Origin: Sinorhizobium meliloti
GTDB lineage: Bacteria; Pseudomonadota; Alphaproteobacteria; Rhizobiales; Rhizobiaceae
Assembly: GCF_017876815.1 (NCBI RefSeq)
Contig: NZ_JAGIOS010000002.1
Span: forward strand, 720,001-752,000
DNA: 32,000 bases
Direction: 5' to 3'
This document shows positions 1 to 7,384 of this stretch, piece by piece (position 1 is the stretch's first letter; each line of letters starts with the position of its first letter). The translations under genes were made by a program, and so were the position numbers. The notes under the pieces were generated by a model. It did not search any database. It was not told the DNA's origin and saw nothing but the letters and a program-made list of their open reading frames with translations.

Positions 1-1063
1 TTCCGACGGATACTTGCGACAGCTTTCGCTCGCTGGCGAGGGGCCGCAGCCCGACACCGGCGCCGGCGGACGACGCTCCTATTCGCTTTCCGATATCAAC
101 GCGCTGCGCCGGCATCTGGCCGAACAGGCGATCGCCAAAGGCAATGGCGCCAAGGCGCGCGGTTATCTCAAATGGCGCGATGCCGCGAGAAGCGAGCATC
201 TCCAGGTGATCTCGGTCACCAACTTCAAGGGCGGCTCCGGCAAGACGACCTCATCGGTCCATCTCGCCCAATATCTCGCTCTGACCGGGCACCGGGTGCT
301 TGCGGTCGACCTCGACCCGCAGGCGTCGCTTTCGGCGCTGTTCGGCTACCAGCCGGAACTGGACCTGACCGGCAACGACACGCTTTATGGCGCAATCCGT
401 TACGACGCCGAGGCGCGCCCGCTGAAGGACATCATCCGCAAGACCTATTTCGACGGGCTCGACCTGGTGCCGGGCAACCTCGAACTGCAGGAGTTCGAAC
501 ACACGACGCCGCAGGCGCTCAGTGCGCGGCAGAGCGGCGCCGATGCCGGGCCGCTCTTCTTCGCCCGGGTGCAGGCGGCGCTCGCAAGCGTCGCCGACGA
601 CTACGACGTCGTCGTCATCGACTGCCCGCCGCAGCTCGGCTACCTGACGCTTTCGGCGCTCTGCGCTTCGACGTCGGTCATCGTCACCGTGCATCCGCAA
701 ATGCTCGACGTCGCATCGATGAACCAGTTCCTCTACATGACCTCGGACCTGCTCAGCGTCGTGCGCGACGCCGGCGGCGAGCTCAATTTCGATTTCCTGC
801 GCTATCTCGTCACCCGCTTCGAGCCGAATGACGGACCGCAGGCGCAGATCGTCGGCTTCATGCGCTCGCTCTTCGGCGACCGGGTGCTGACCTCCGCCAT
901 GGTAAAGTCGACCGCGATCTCGGATGCGGGTCTCACCAAGCAGACGCTCTACGAGGTGGGCCGGGAGAATTTCACCCGCGCGACCTATGACCGGGCGATC
1001 GAGTCGCTGAACGCCGTCAACGGCGAGATCGAGGCTCTCATTCACGCGGCATGGGGGCGCTGA
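1..1063 (+). CDS. repA: RepA-type (ParA/MinD family) partition ATPase, 5'-truncated by the window edge
   Basis: The frame is open from nt 2; the track ORF at 14 begins at an internal TTG. It has a deviant Walker A (NFKGGSGKTT), DLDPQAS, and VVIDCPPQLG. It is followed after 3 nt by a ParB-like gene, the canonical repA-repB arrangement of repABC replicons. About 50 N-terminal residues probably lie upstream of the window. Confidence 0.9.
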   Translation, partial: SDGYLRQLSLAGEGPQPDTGAGGRRSYSLSDINALRRHLAEQAIAKGNGAKARGYLKWRDAARSEHLQVISVTNFKGGSGKTTSSVHLAQYLALTGHRVLAVDLDPQASLSALFGYQPELDLTGNDTLYGAIRYDAEARPLKDIIRKTYFDGLDLVPGNLELQEFEHTTPQALSARQSGADAGPLFFARVQAALASVADDYDVVVIDCPPQLGYLTLSALCASTSVIVTVHPQMLDVASMNQFLYMTSDLLSVVRDAGGELNFDFLRYLVTRFEPNDGPQAQIVGFMRSLFGDRVLTSAMVKSTAISDAGLTKQTLYEVGRENFTRATYDRAIESLNAVNGEIEALIHAAWGR

Positions 1064-1066
1064 GTC

Positions 1067-2128
1067 ATGGCTGGCAATAACCGGAAAAACGAATTGCGGG
1101 CACTGTTTTCCGCGGGTGCGCCTGCCGCCGATCCGCAAACCCCCGCCGAAACGGCGTCGGGCGAGTTGACACCTGTCAACGCCAGGCCGGCCGCCCCGCT
1201 CGATGCGCCCCGTGCGGCCTCCGGCGCAGTGAAGGCCATGGGGCTCTCTCTCGGCAGCATCACACGCGAGGCCGAGGAAGCGCGGGTGCTCAGGGAAGCG
1301 TTGACCCAGGGTGAACGCGTCGTTTCGCTCGATCCGGCGCTGGTCGAAAGCTCCTTCGTCGAGGATCGGCTGACCGACGGCGAGATGGACGATGCGGATT
1401 TCCTCGCGCTCGTCGAGAGCATTCGCGAGAACGGCCAGCAATCGCCGATCCTCGTTCGCCCGCACCCGGAAAAGCAGGGCCATTACCAGACCGCCTACGG
1501 CCACCGGCGCCTGAAGGCGGTGCGCCGGCTCGAGCTCCAGGTAAAGGCGATCGTCCGGACGCTGACAGATGACGAGGTCGTGCTTGCGCAAGGCAAGGAA
1601 AACGCCGAGCGGCGCAACCTTTCCTTCATCGAACGTGCGCTTTTCGCCGCTGCGCTCGTAGCGCGCGGCTTCGACCGCAAGGTGATCGGCGATGCGCTTG
1701 CGGTGCAGAAGAGCGAACTTTCGCGCCTCCTGCAGGTGGCGGACGGTGTGCCGCACGAAGTCGCCCGCGCCATCGGCCCGGCGCCGAAGGCCGGGCGCGA
1801 GCGCTGGATGGCGATCGGGACGCTGCTTGAAAGGCAAGAAGCGCGCGCCCGAGCCCAAGACGAGATCGCTTCGCCACGCTTCCGCGCCGTCGATTCAGAC
1901 CAACGCTTTCAGCTCGTCTTCAATCGCCTGTCGCAAAGCGACAAGCCGGAACCGGAAAGGCCGGAGGAACTGAAGGACGCCGCAGGGCGGGTCTTCGCTC
2001 GGCTGAAGCGTGATGGGAAGGCGCCGAGGATCGAGTTCCTCCCGGGCACCCATCCGGCCGTCGTCCAGGAAGCCGTGTCGATGCTCGCCAACTGGCATGC
2101 AGCCTTCGTGGAGAATCAGAAGCCTTAG
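1067..2128 (+). CDS. repB: RepB-type (ParB family) partition/centromere-binding protein
   Basis: 353-aa ORF with its ATG 3 nt after the repA stop. It has a ParB N-domain core (ENGQQSPILVRP, YQTAYGHRRLKAV, GKENAERRNLSFIERA) and a typical RepB C-terminal half. The stop is TAG at 2126-2128. Confidence 0.9.
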   Translation: MAGNNRKNELRALFSAGAPAADPQTPAETASGELTPVNARPAAPLDAPRAASGAVKAMGLSLGSITREAEEARVLREALTQGERVVSLDPALVESSFVEDRLTDGEMDDADFLALVESIRENGQQSPILVRPHPEKQGHYQTAYGHRRLKAVRRLELQVKAIVRTLTDDEVVLAQGKENAERRNLSFIERALFAAALVARGFDRKVIGDALAVQKSELSRLLQVADGVPHEVARAIGPAPKAGRERWMAIGTLLERQEARARAQDEIASPRFRAVDSDQRFQLVFNRLSQSDKPEPERPEELKDAAGRVFARLKRDGKAPRIEFLPGTHPAVVQEAVSMLANWHAAFVENQKP

Positions 2129-2149
2129 AGCGACACAGCTCGGCCGCAA

Positions 2150-2169
2150 CGATGCCCATATGGGCATCG
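2150..2169. repeat. 20-bp perfect palindrome CGATGCCCATATGGGCATCG between the convergent repB and orphan gene
   Basis: Read directly: every position pairs (c2150-g2169 through a2159/t2160). It lies 22 nt after the repB stop and 22 nt before the stop of the minus-strand gene. There is no flanking T-run on either strand. Confidence 0.9.
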
Positions 2170-2190
2170 CCACGGTCGTGAGCGATGTCT

Positions 2191-2619
2191 TCATAGGCCG
2201 GCTGGTCGAGATCCCGCCGAATCCGGCGACGGCGAGGGAACGGAATGCATCGGATGGCTGAAGCGCTCGGCAAAGGCCTCGATGGAGCCGCGCCCGAAGC
2301 GTCTCAAGCGCCGCCGCACCAGAATGGACATGACCCGGGCGGCGGTCGAGAAGGTCATTGCGTCCAGCGGTCCGGCGCCGCTCCAGGGCTTCGTCAACCG
2401 GTCGGTGACTATGCCGATCATATTGGCCGGCATGAGGTCCGTGCAGGGTCTCATCCATTCGAAAACGGCACTGACCGGAAGCACCTTGTCCTCGAAGGAA
2501 ACGATGGGTTCGGGCATGCCCTCCTCCCAGTCGTCATAGGCTTCGAGGGCATCCCTGAAGAGTGTCTGGAGCGTAATCGGGGCGTGCCCTTCATGAAGGG
2601 CGGGCAGGAAATTCGTCAT
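2191..2619 (-). CDS. hypothetical protein (143 aa), no family recognised
   Basis: The internal ATG at 2619 is preceded by a strong SD (GGAGGAGACCCTA-ATG). Codon third positions are GC-rich downstream of 2619 and AT-rich upstream, so the 208-aa track ORF is over-extended. The product begins MTNFLPALHEGHAPITLQ and has a basic stretch, RRRLRRFGRG. Confidence 0.65.
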   Translation of the reverse strand: MTNFLPALHEGHAPITLQTLFRDALEAYDDWEEGMPEPIVSFEDKVLPVSAVFEWMRPCTDLMPANMIGIVTDRLTKPWSGAGPLDAMTFSTAARVMSILVRRRLRRFGRGSIEAFAERFSHPMHSVPSPSPDSAGSRPAGL

Positions 2620-2763
2620 TAGGGTCTCCTCCGATTGGATAGGCCGGAAACGCGAAATGGCCAATTCTGTCAGTGAGATGTGATTGCGAAACTCGCCACG
2701 GCACCATGCTTCGACCAGAGACATGGAACGCGCCGTGACACTTTGAACTGCTGCATGGGCTAA

Positions 2764-2787
2764 TCTTCGACCGGAACCGGTCGAAGA
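2764..2787. repeat. 24-bp dyad TCTTCGACCGG-AA-CCGGTCGAAGA, part of a cluster of four CTTCGA(C/A)C motifs
   Basis: The 11-bp arms pair perfectly (t2764-a2787 through g2774-c2777). Further copies are CTTCGACC at 2709-2716 and CTTCGAAC at 2804-2811. AATCTTCGA is directly repeated at 2762 and 2801. The dyad lies in the spacer upstream of the orphan gene and downstream of urtE. Confidence 0.85.
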
Positions 2788-2854
2788 ATCATGCAGGAGC
2801 AATCTTCGAACATGCATGTGCAGTATGGGTCAAAGCGCTTGAGCGGGCAAATGC

Positions 2855-2880
2855 AATCCACAAAAGAAGTGGATTTTTCT
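2855..2880 (+). terminator. plus-strand intrinsic-terminator-like hairpin (AATCCAC-aaaagaa-GTGGATT followed by TTTTCT)
   Basis: A 7-bp stem with a 7-nt loop. The T-run follows the stem only when read on the plus strand, yet both flanking genes are on the minus strand. The stem is short and AT-rich, so function is uncertain. Confidence 0.4.
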
Positions 2881-2984
2881 GTCGCCCGGAGGCGCCCCTG
2901 AGATCGGCCTTCCGGCCCAAGCCATTGACTTTACCGGCTGTTTCCCGGTCTGTGGAAAACCGCGCGCAGGCTCGCCATGGGACT

Positions 2985-3680
2985 TCAAACGGTTAGATGC
3001 CGGCGCGCTTGCGGGGTGTCGAGCGTCTCCGGCGGGCCCTCGTGCACGAAAGCTCCACGGTCCATGATATAGACATGGTCGGCAAGCTCGCGGCAGAAAT
3101 CGAGATATTGCTCCACGAGCAGGATCGCCATACCGGTCGAATCCCGCAAATATTTGATCGCGCGGCCGATGTCCTTGATGATCGACGGCTGGATGCCCTC
3201 GGTCGGCTCGTCCAGCACCAGGATTTTCGGGCGTGTCACGAGAGCGCGAGCGATCGCGAGCTGCTGCTGCTGGCCGCCCGAAAGGTCGCCGCCCCTCCGG
3301 CCGAGCATCGTCTGAAGTACCGGAAACAGACTGAATATATCGTCTGGGATCGAGCGTTGAGCCCGCCTCAGCGGAGCGAAGCCGGTTTCGAGATTTTCCT
3401 TCACCGTCAGCAGGGGAAAGATCTCGCGGCCCTGGGGCACGTAGCCGACGCCCTGTTTGGCGCGCCGGAAGGGCGCCATGCCGTCGAGCGGCGCGCCGTT
3501 GAAAGAGATCGTGCCGCTCGTCACCGGATGCTGGCCGGCGACGGCCCTGAGCAGGCTCGACTTGCCAACGCCGTTGCGGCCGAGAACGCAGGTGATCTTG
3601 CCCATTTCCGCCTTGAACGAGACGTCGCGGAGCGCCTGGGCGGCGCCGTAATGCAGGCTGACGTTTTCGACGTTCAGCAT
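2985..3680 (-). CDS. urtE: urea ABC transporter ATP-binding protein UrtE
   Basis: 231 aa. Walker A GRNGVGKSS, signature LSGGQQQ, Walker B ILVLDEP. It is the last gene of a urtA-B-C-D-E ordered operon. The SD is GGGAGGAATTGAACCG-ATG. Confidence 0.92.
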   Translation of the reverse strand: MLNVENVSLHYGAAQALRDVSFKAEMGKITCVLGRNGVGKSSLLRAVAGQHPVTSGTISFNGAPLDGMAPFRRAKQGVGYVPQGREIFPLLTVKENLETGFAPLRRAQRSIPDDIFSLFPVLQTMLGRRGGDLSGGQQQQLAIARALVTRPKILVLDEPTEGIQPSIIKDIGRAIKYLRDSTGMAILLVEQYLDFCRELADHVYIMDRGAFVHEGPPETLDTPQARRHLTV

Positions 3681-3698
3681 CGGTTCAATTCCTCCCGC

Positions 3699-4451
3699 TC
3701 ATCGGCCGAGATAGTTCTCGATCACCTTCGGATCGTTGCTGACGAAATCGATCGACCCTTCCGCCAGCACCGAGCCTTCCGCAAGGCAGGTGACCTTGAC
3801 GCCGAGATCGCGGATGAAGCCCATGTCGTGCTCGACGACGACCACCGAGCGCGTCCTGGCGATTTCTTTCAGGAGGATCGCCGTTTCCGCCGTCTCCGCA
3901 TCGGTCATGCCGGCCACCGGCTCGTCCACGAGCAGGAGTTCCGGCTCCTGGGCGAGCAGCATGCCGATCTCCAGCCATTGCTTCTGGCCATGCGAGAGAT
4001 TGGCGGTGAGATCGTCGCGGCGCGCCGTGAGCCGCACCGTCGAAAGGATCTCCTCGATGCGGCTCTTGTCCTCTCTCGTCAGCCGATAGAACAGGGTCGC
4101 GAAGACGCCGCGGCTGCGGTTCAGCGCCAGCTCCAGATTGTCCCAGACCGTATGGTTCTCGAAGACGGTCGGCTTCTGGAACTTGCGGCCGATGCCGAGC
4201 TCGGCGATTGCCGCTTCGTCTTTCTTGGTGAGGTCGATGTCGCCCTTGAAGAAGACCTCGCCCTCGTCCGGCCGCGTCTTGCCGGTGATGATGTCCATCA
4301 TCGTCGTCTTGCCGGCGCCATTGGGGCCGATGATCGCGCGCAGTTCCCCCGGCTCTACGACGAAGGAGAGCGAGTTCAGCGCCTTGAAGCCATCGAAGGA
4401 GACGGAGACCCCATCGAGATAGAGCAGGTTCCTGGGTTTCTTTCCGGTCAT
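3699..4451 (-). CDS. urtD: urea ABC transporter ATP-binding protein UrtD
   Basis: The start was chosen at MTGKKPRNLLYLDGVSV (ATG at 4451), 6 nt after the urtC stop. It has Walker A GPNGAGKTT and LSHGQKQ. The upstream part of the 346-aa track ORF overlaps urtC and is Arg-rich junk. Confidence 0.9.
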   Translation of the reverse strand: MTGKKPRNLLYLDGVSVSFDGFKALNSLSFVVEPGELRAIIGPNGAGKTTMMDIITGKTRPDEGEVFFKGDIDLTKKDEAAIAELGIGRKFQKPTVFENHTVWDNLELALNRSRGVFATLFYRLTREDKSRIEEILSTVRLTARRDDLTANLSHGQKQWLEIGMLLAQEPELLLVDEPVAGMTDAETAETAILLKEIARTRSVVVVEHDMGFIRDLGVKVTCLAEGSVLAEGSIDFVSNDPKVIENYLGR

Positions 4452-4456
4452 GGCGA

Positions 4457-5632
4457 TCACTCCGCGGCCACCGTTTCGGCGTTCGCAAGGCTCGCCGCTT
4501 TTTCGCTCTCGCTTTCCTTCCGGGCCGCCGCGTGGGATGCGCGCCGGCTTGCGAGATAGCTCTGCGCCGTGCCGACCACGCCCTTCGGCAGGAAAAGCGT
4601 GACGAGGACGAAGAGCCCGCCGAGCGCAAAGAGCCAGAATTCGGGGAAGGCGGCGGTGAAGATGCTTTTTCCGCCGTTGACGAGGATCGCGCCGACGATC
4701 GGTCCGATCAGCGTGCCGCGCCCGCCGACAGCCGTCCATATGACCACCTCGATCGAATTGGCGGGGGCGAACTCGCCCGGATTGATGATGCCGACTTGCG
4801 GCACGTAGAGCGCGCCGGCGACGCCCGCCATCATTGCCGAGACCGTGAAGGCGAAGAGCTTCATGTGCTCGACGCGATAGCCGAGAAAGCGTGTGCGGCT
4901 TTCCGCGTCGCGCAGCGCCACCAGCACCTTGCCGAATTTCGAGCGGACGATGCCCGAGGTGACGACGAGCGAAACGGCAAGCGCCAGCGCGGAGGCTGCA
5001 AAGAGTGCCGCACGCGTTCCGTCGGCCTGGATGTTGAAGCCGAGGATGTCCTTGAAATCGGTGAGCCCGTTATTGCCGCCGAAGCCCATGTCGTTGCGGA
5101 AGAAGGCGAGCAGCAGCGCATAGGTCATCGCCTGGGTGATGATCGAGAGATAGACCCCGTTGACCCGCGAGCGGAAGGCGAACCAGCCGAAGACGAAGGC
5201 AAGCAGGCCCGGCACCAGCACCACCATCAGCGCTGCGAACCAGAACATGTCGAAGCCGTACCAGAACCAGGGCAGCTCCTTCCAGTTGAGAAAGACCATG
5301 AAGTCCGGCAGCAGCGGATTGCCGTAGGAGCCGCGTGCGCCGATCTGGCGCATCAGATACATGCCCATGGCATAGCCGCCGAGCGCGAAGAAGGCCGCAT
5401 GCCCCAGCGAGAGGATGCCGCAGAAACCCCAGACAAGATCGAGCGCCAGAGCCAAGAGCGCATAGGTCAGGTACTTGCCGAAGAGCGAGACCAGATAGGT
5501 CGGCACATGCAGCGGGTGTTCCGGCGCGGTCAGGAGGTTGAGCGCGGGAACGATGACGGCCAGCGCCAGCAGGATCGCGACAGCGACGACGATCGTCCGA
5601 TCCAGCGATTTGACGAGAAACGAGGTGATCAT
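4457..5632 (-). CDS. urtC: urea ABC transporter permease UrtC
   Basis: 391-aa polytopic LivM-like permease. Its start overlaps the urtB stop (ATGA). It has a roughly 35-aa hydrophilic C-terminal tail. Confidence 0.92.
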   Translation of the reverse strand: MITSFLVKSLDRTIVVAVAILLALAVIVPALNLLTAPEHPLHVPTYLVSLFGKYLTYALLALALDLVWGFCGILSLGHAAFFALGGYAMGMYLMRQIGARGSYGNPLLPDFMVFLNWKELPWFWYGFDMFWFAALMVVLVPGLLAFVFGWFAFRSRVNGVYLSIITQAMTYALLLAFFRNDMGFGGNNGLTDFKDILGFNIQADGTRAALFAASALALAVSLVVTSGIVRSKFGKVLVALRDAESRTRFLGYRVEHMKLFAFTVSAMMAGVAGALYVPQVGIINPGEFAPANSIEVVIWTAVGGRGTLIGPIVGAILVNGGKSIFTAAFPEFWLFALGGLFVLVTLFLPKGVVGTAQSYLASRRASHAAARKESESEKAASLANAETVAAE

Positions 5633-7242
5633 GCTTCCACCGCCCGGCCCTTGAGTGCGAAGAGCCCGCGCGGCCGCTTCTGGATGAAGAGGATGATCAG
5701 CACGAGCACGAGGATCTTGCCGAGCACGGCGCCGGCATAGGGCTCCAGGAACTTGTTGAGGATGCCGAGCGACAAGGCGCCGACAAGCGTGCCCCAGAGA
5801 TTGCCGACGCCGCCGAAGACCACGACCATGAAGCTGTCGATGATGTAGCCCTGCCCGAGGTTCGGCGAGACGTTGTCGATCTGCGAAAGCGCCACACCCG
5901 CAATGCCGGCGATGCCGGAGCCGAGCGCGAAGGTCAGCGCATCCACCCAGGGCGTGCGGATGCCCATGGAAGAGGCCATGCGCCGGTTCTGCGTTACCGC
6001 GCGCATCTGCAGGCCCATCGGCGTCTTCTTGAGCAGAAAGAGAAGTGCCGCAAACACCGCAAGCGCAAAGACGATGATCCAGAGACGGTTCCAGGTGATC
6101 GCCAGTCCGCCGAGCTCGAAGGCGCCGGACATCCAGGACGGATTGCCGACCTCACGGTTGGTGGGGCCGAAGATCGTCCGCACCGTCTGCTGGAGGATGA
6201 GCGATATGCCCCAGGTGGCAAGCAGCGTTTCGAGCGGGCGCCCGTAGAGAAAGCGGATGACGCCGCGTTCCAGTGCGAGGCCCACGGCGCCCGTGACAAG
6301 AAAGGCGAGCGGCAGCGCGATCGCCAAGGACCACTCGAAAAGATGAGGAAAGGAGGTGCGCACGACATCTTGAACGAGGAAGGTCGTATAGGCCCCGAGC
6401 ATCACCATCTCGCCATGCGCCATGTTGATGATGCCCATGACGCCGAAGGTGATGGCGAGACCGATCGCCGCCAAGAGCAGCACCGAGCCGAGCGACAGGC
6501 CGTACCATATGTTCTGGCCCGCATTCCAGAAGGCTTGCGCCTGTTCGATGCTGGCGAGCGCCGCCTCGATGTCCGGCTTCAGGCTTTCGTCGGCAGAGCC
6601 GAGCGCGGCAGAAAGGATCGGCAGCGCCTCGCGGCCGCCGTTTTCCTCCAGCAGCCGCACCGCCTCCTTCTTCTCCTCGACCGGCCGGTCGGAGAGAAGC
6701 AGCATCGTGGCGCGCGCCTGTTCGAGAACCGCACGAACGGCTCCATCCTTCTCGGCAGCCAGTGCATTCTCGATGACGCCGAGCGCGTCGGCATCGGGCG
6801 ATTGCAGCACCGACTGCGCGGCCCTGAGGCGCTGATTGCGATCGGGGCTGAGGAGCGTCAGGCTGCCGAGGGCGGTCCGCACGGCGCGCCGCACGCTGTT
6901 GTTCACCCTGATCTTCGAAAGTCCCGCCTTCGGTGCTTCGCCGGCGCTGTCGCCGGAGATCGGATCCGTAAGGGTCAGGTTCGAACCGTTCTCCTTCGTC
7001 CGCAAGACCTGGCCATCCGCCTTGCGCGCATAGAGCTCGCCTTCGCCGAGCGCCTCGAGGATGGCGACGACTTCGGGCTTTCCGGTCTTCGCCAGTGCCG
7101 CGATATGCTCGTCCATCTCGGACAGCTTCGCCTCGCCGAGCGCGTTCACCAGATCGCGCAGTCCCTCTTCCGCGCGAAGCCCCGGAGCCATCGCAACGAA
7201 AAGGAACAGGGCAGCCAGCACGGTTGGGATGATGCGGTACAT
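5629..7242 (-). CDS. urtB: urea ABC transporter permease UrtB with a long N-terminal secreted helical-repeat extension
   Basis: 537 aa. There is a signal-like N-terminus (MYRIIPTVLAALFLFVAMAPGLRA), then about 240 aa of Ala/Leu/Glu-rich helical repeats, then a LivH-like permease core. Confidence 0.9.
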   Translation of the reverse strand: MYRIIPTVLAALFLFVAMAPGLRAEEGLRDLVNALGEAKLSEMDEHIAALAKTGKPEVVAILEALGEGELYARKADGQVLRTKENGSNLTLTDPISGDSAGEAPKAGLSKIRVNNSVRRAVRTALGSLTLLSPDRNQRLRAAQSVLQSPDADALGVIENALAAEKDGAVRAVLEQARATMLLLSDRPVEEKKEAVRLLEENGGREALPILSAALGSADESLKPDIEAALASIEQAQAFWNAGQNIWYGLSLGSVLLLAAIGLAITFGVMGIINMAHGEMVMLGAYTTFLVQDVVRTSFPHLFEWSLAIALPLAFLVTGAVGLALERGVIRFLYGRPLETLLATWGISLILQQTVRTIFGPTNREVGNPSWMSGAFELGGLAITWNRLWIIVFALAVFAALLFLLKKTPMGLQMRAVTQNRRMASSMGIRTPWVDALTFALGSGIAGIAGVALSQIDNVSPNLGQGYIIDSFMVVVFGGVGNLWGTLVGALSLGILNKFLEPYAGAVLGKILVLVLIILFIQKRPRGLFALKGRAVEA

Positions 7243-7261
7243 TCGTCTCTCGCCTTGCAGG

Positions 7262-7293
7262 CCTCCGTCCGACGGGAAGCGTTCGGACGGAGG
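7262..7293 (-). other. intercistronic stem-loop 1 (11-bp stem CCTCCGTCCGA/TCGGACGGAGG) just upstream of the urtB start
   Basis: Perfect 11-bp inverted repeat with a 10-nt loop, ending 20 nt from the urtB ATG (7242). Confidence 0.7.
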
Positions 7294-7335
7294 GGATTTC
7301 GAGCTAGCGGTTCGTCATGAAAAGCGGCGTTTGGG

Positions 7336-7360
7336 GGAGTGGCCCGACCCGGGCCACTCC
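7336..7360 (-). other. intercistronic stem-loop 2 (11-12 bp GC-rich stem GGAGTGGCCCG/CGGGCCACTCC) just after the urtA stop
   Basis: Perfect inverted repeat with a 3-nt centre, 25 nt downstream of the urtA stop on the mRNA strand. A weak T-stretch (GCTTTTC) follows about 13 nt later. It probably acts as a partial terminator or mRNA stabiliser, raising the UrtA : membrane-component ratio. Confidence 0.65.
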
Positions 7361-7384
7361 CTGAGCAAGTCTTTCGTCATGAAA

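Noticed and set aside
2150-2169. Calling the 20-bp palindrome a repABC parS centromere
   Set aside because: It does not fit the GTTNNCNGCNGNNAAC consensus as I remember it. It is kept as an unexplained palindrome rather than annotated as parS.
2620-2817. N-terminal 66-codon extension of the orphan gene (track ORF 2191-2817, 208 aa)
   Set aside because: The extension has AT-rich third codon positions (cat gtt cga aga ttg…), contains the dyad and repeat cluster, and lacks an SD. The internal ATG at 2619 has GGAGGAG at optimal spacing.
2129-2984. Search for repC, a repC remnant, or the repB-repC antisense RNA
   Set aside because: No plus-strand frame here resembles RepC, and the listed plus-strand ORFs are Gly/Arg-rich shadows of the orphan gene. 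The only terminator-like hairpin (2855-2880) is 730 nt from repB and faces the same direction as repB, unlike a counter-transcribed RNA.
2997-4559. 520-aa plus-strand ORF antisense to urtE/urtD. Similar long shadow ORFs occur at 251-1858 (-), 4532-5740 (+), 6343-7320 (+), 7061-8644 (+) and 7377-8768 (-).
   Set aside because: All overlap strongly recognisable genes (repA/repB, urtA-E) on the opposite strand or in another frame. Their translations are Arg/Asp/Gly-rich without motifs, and they have no credible SD sequences. This is the typical high-GC antisense or off-frame artefact.
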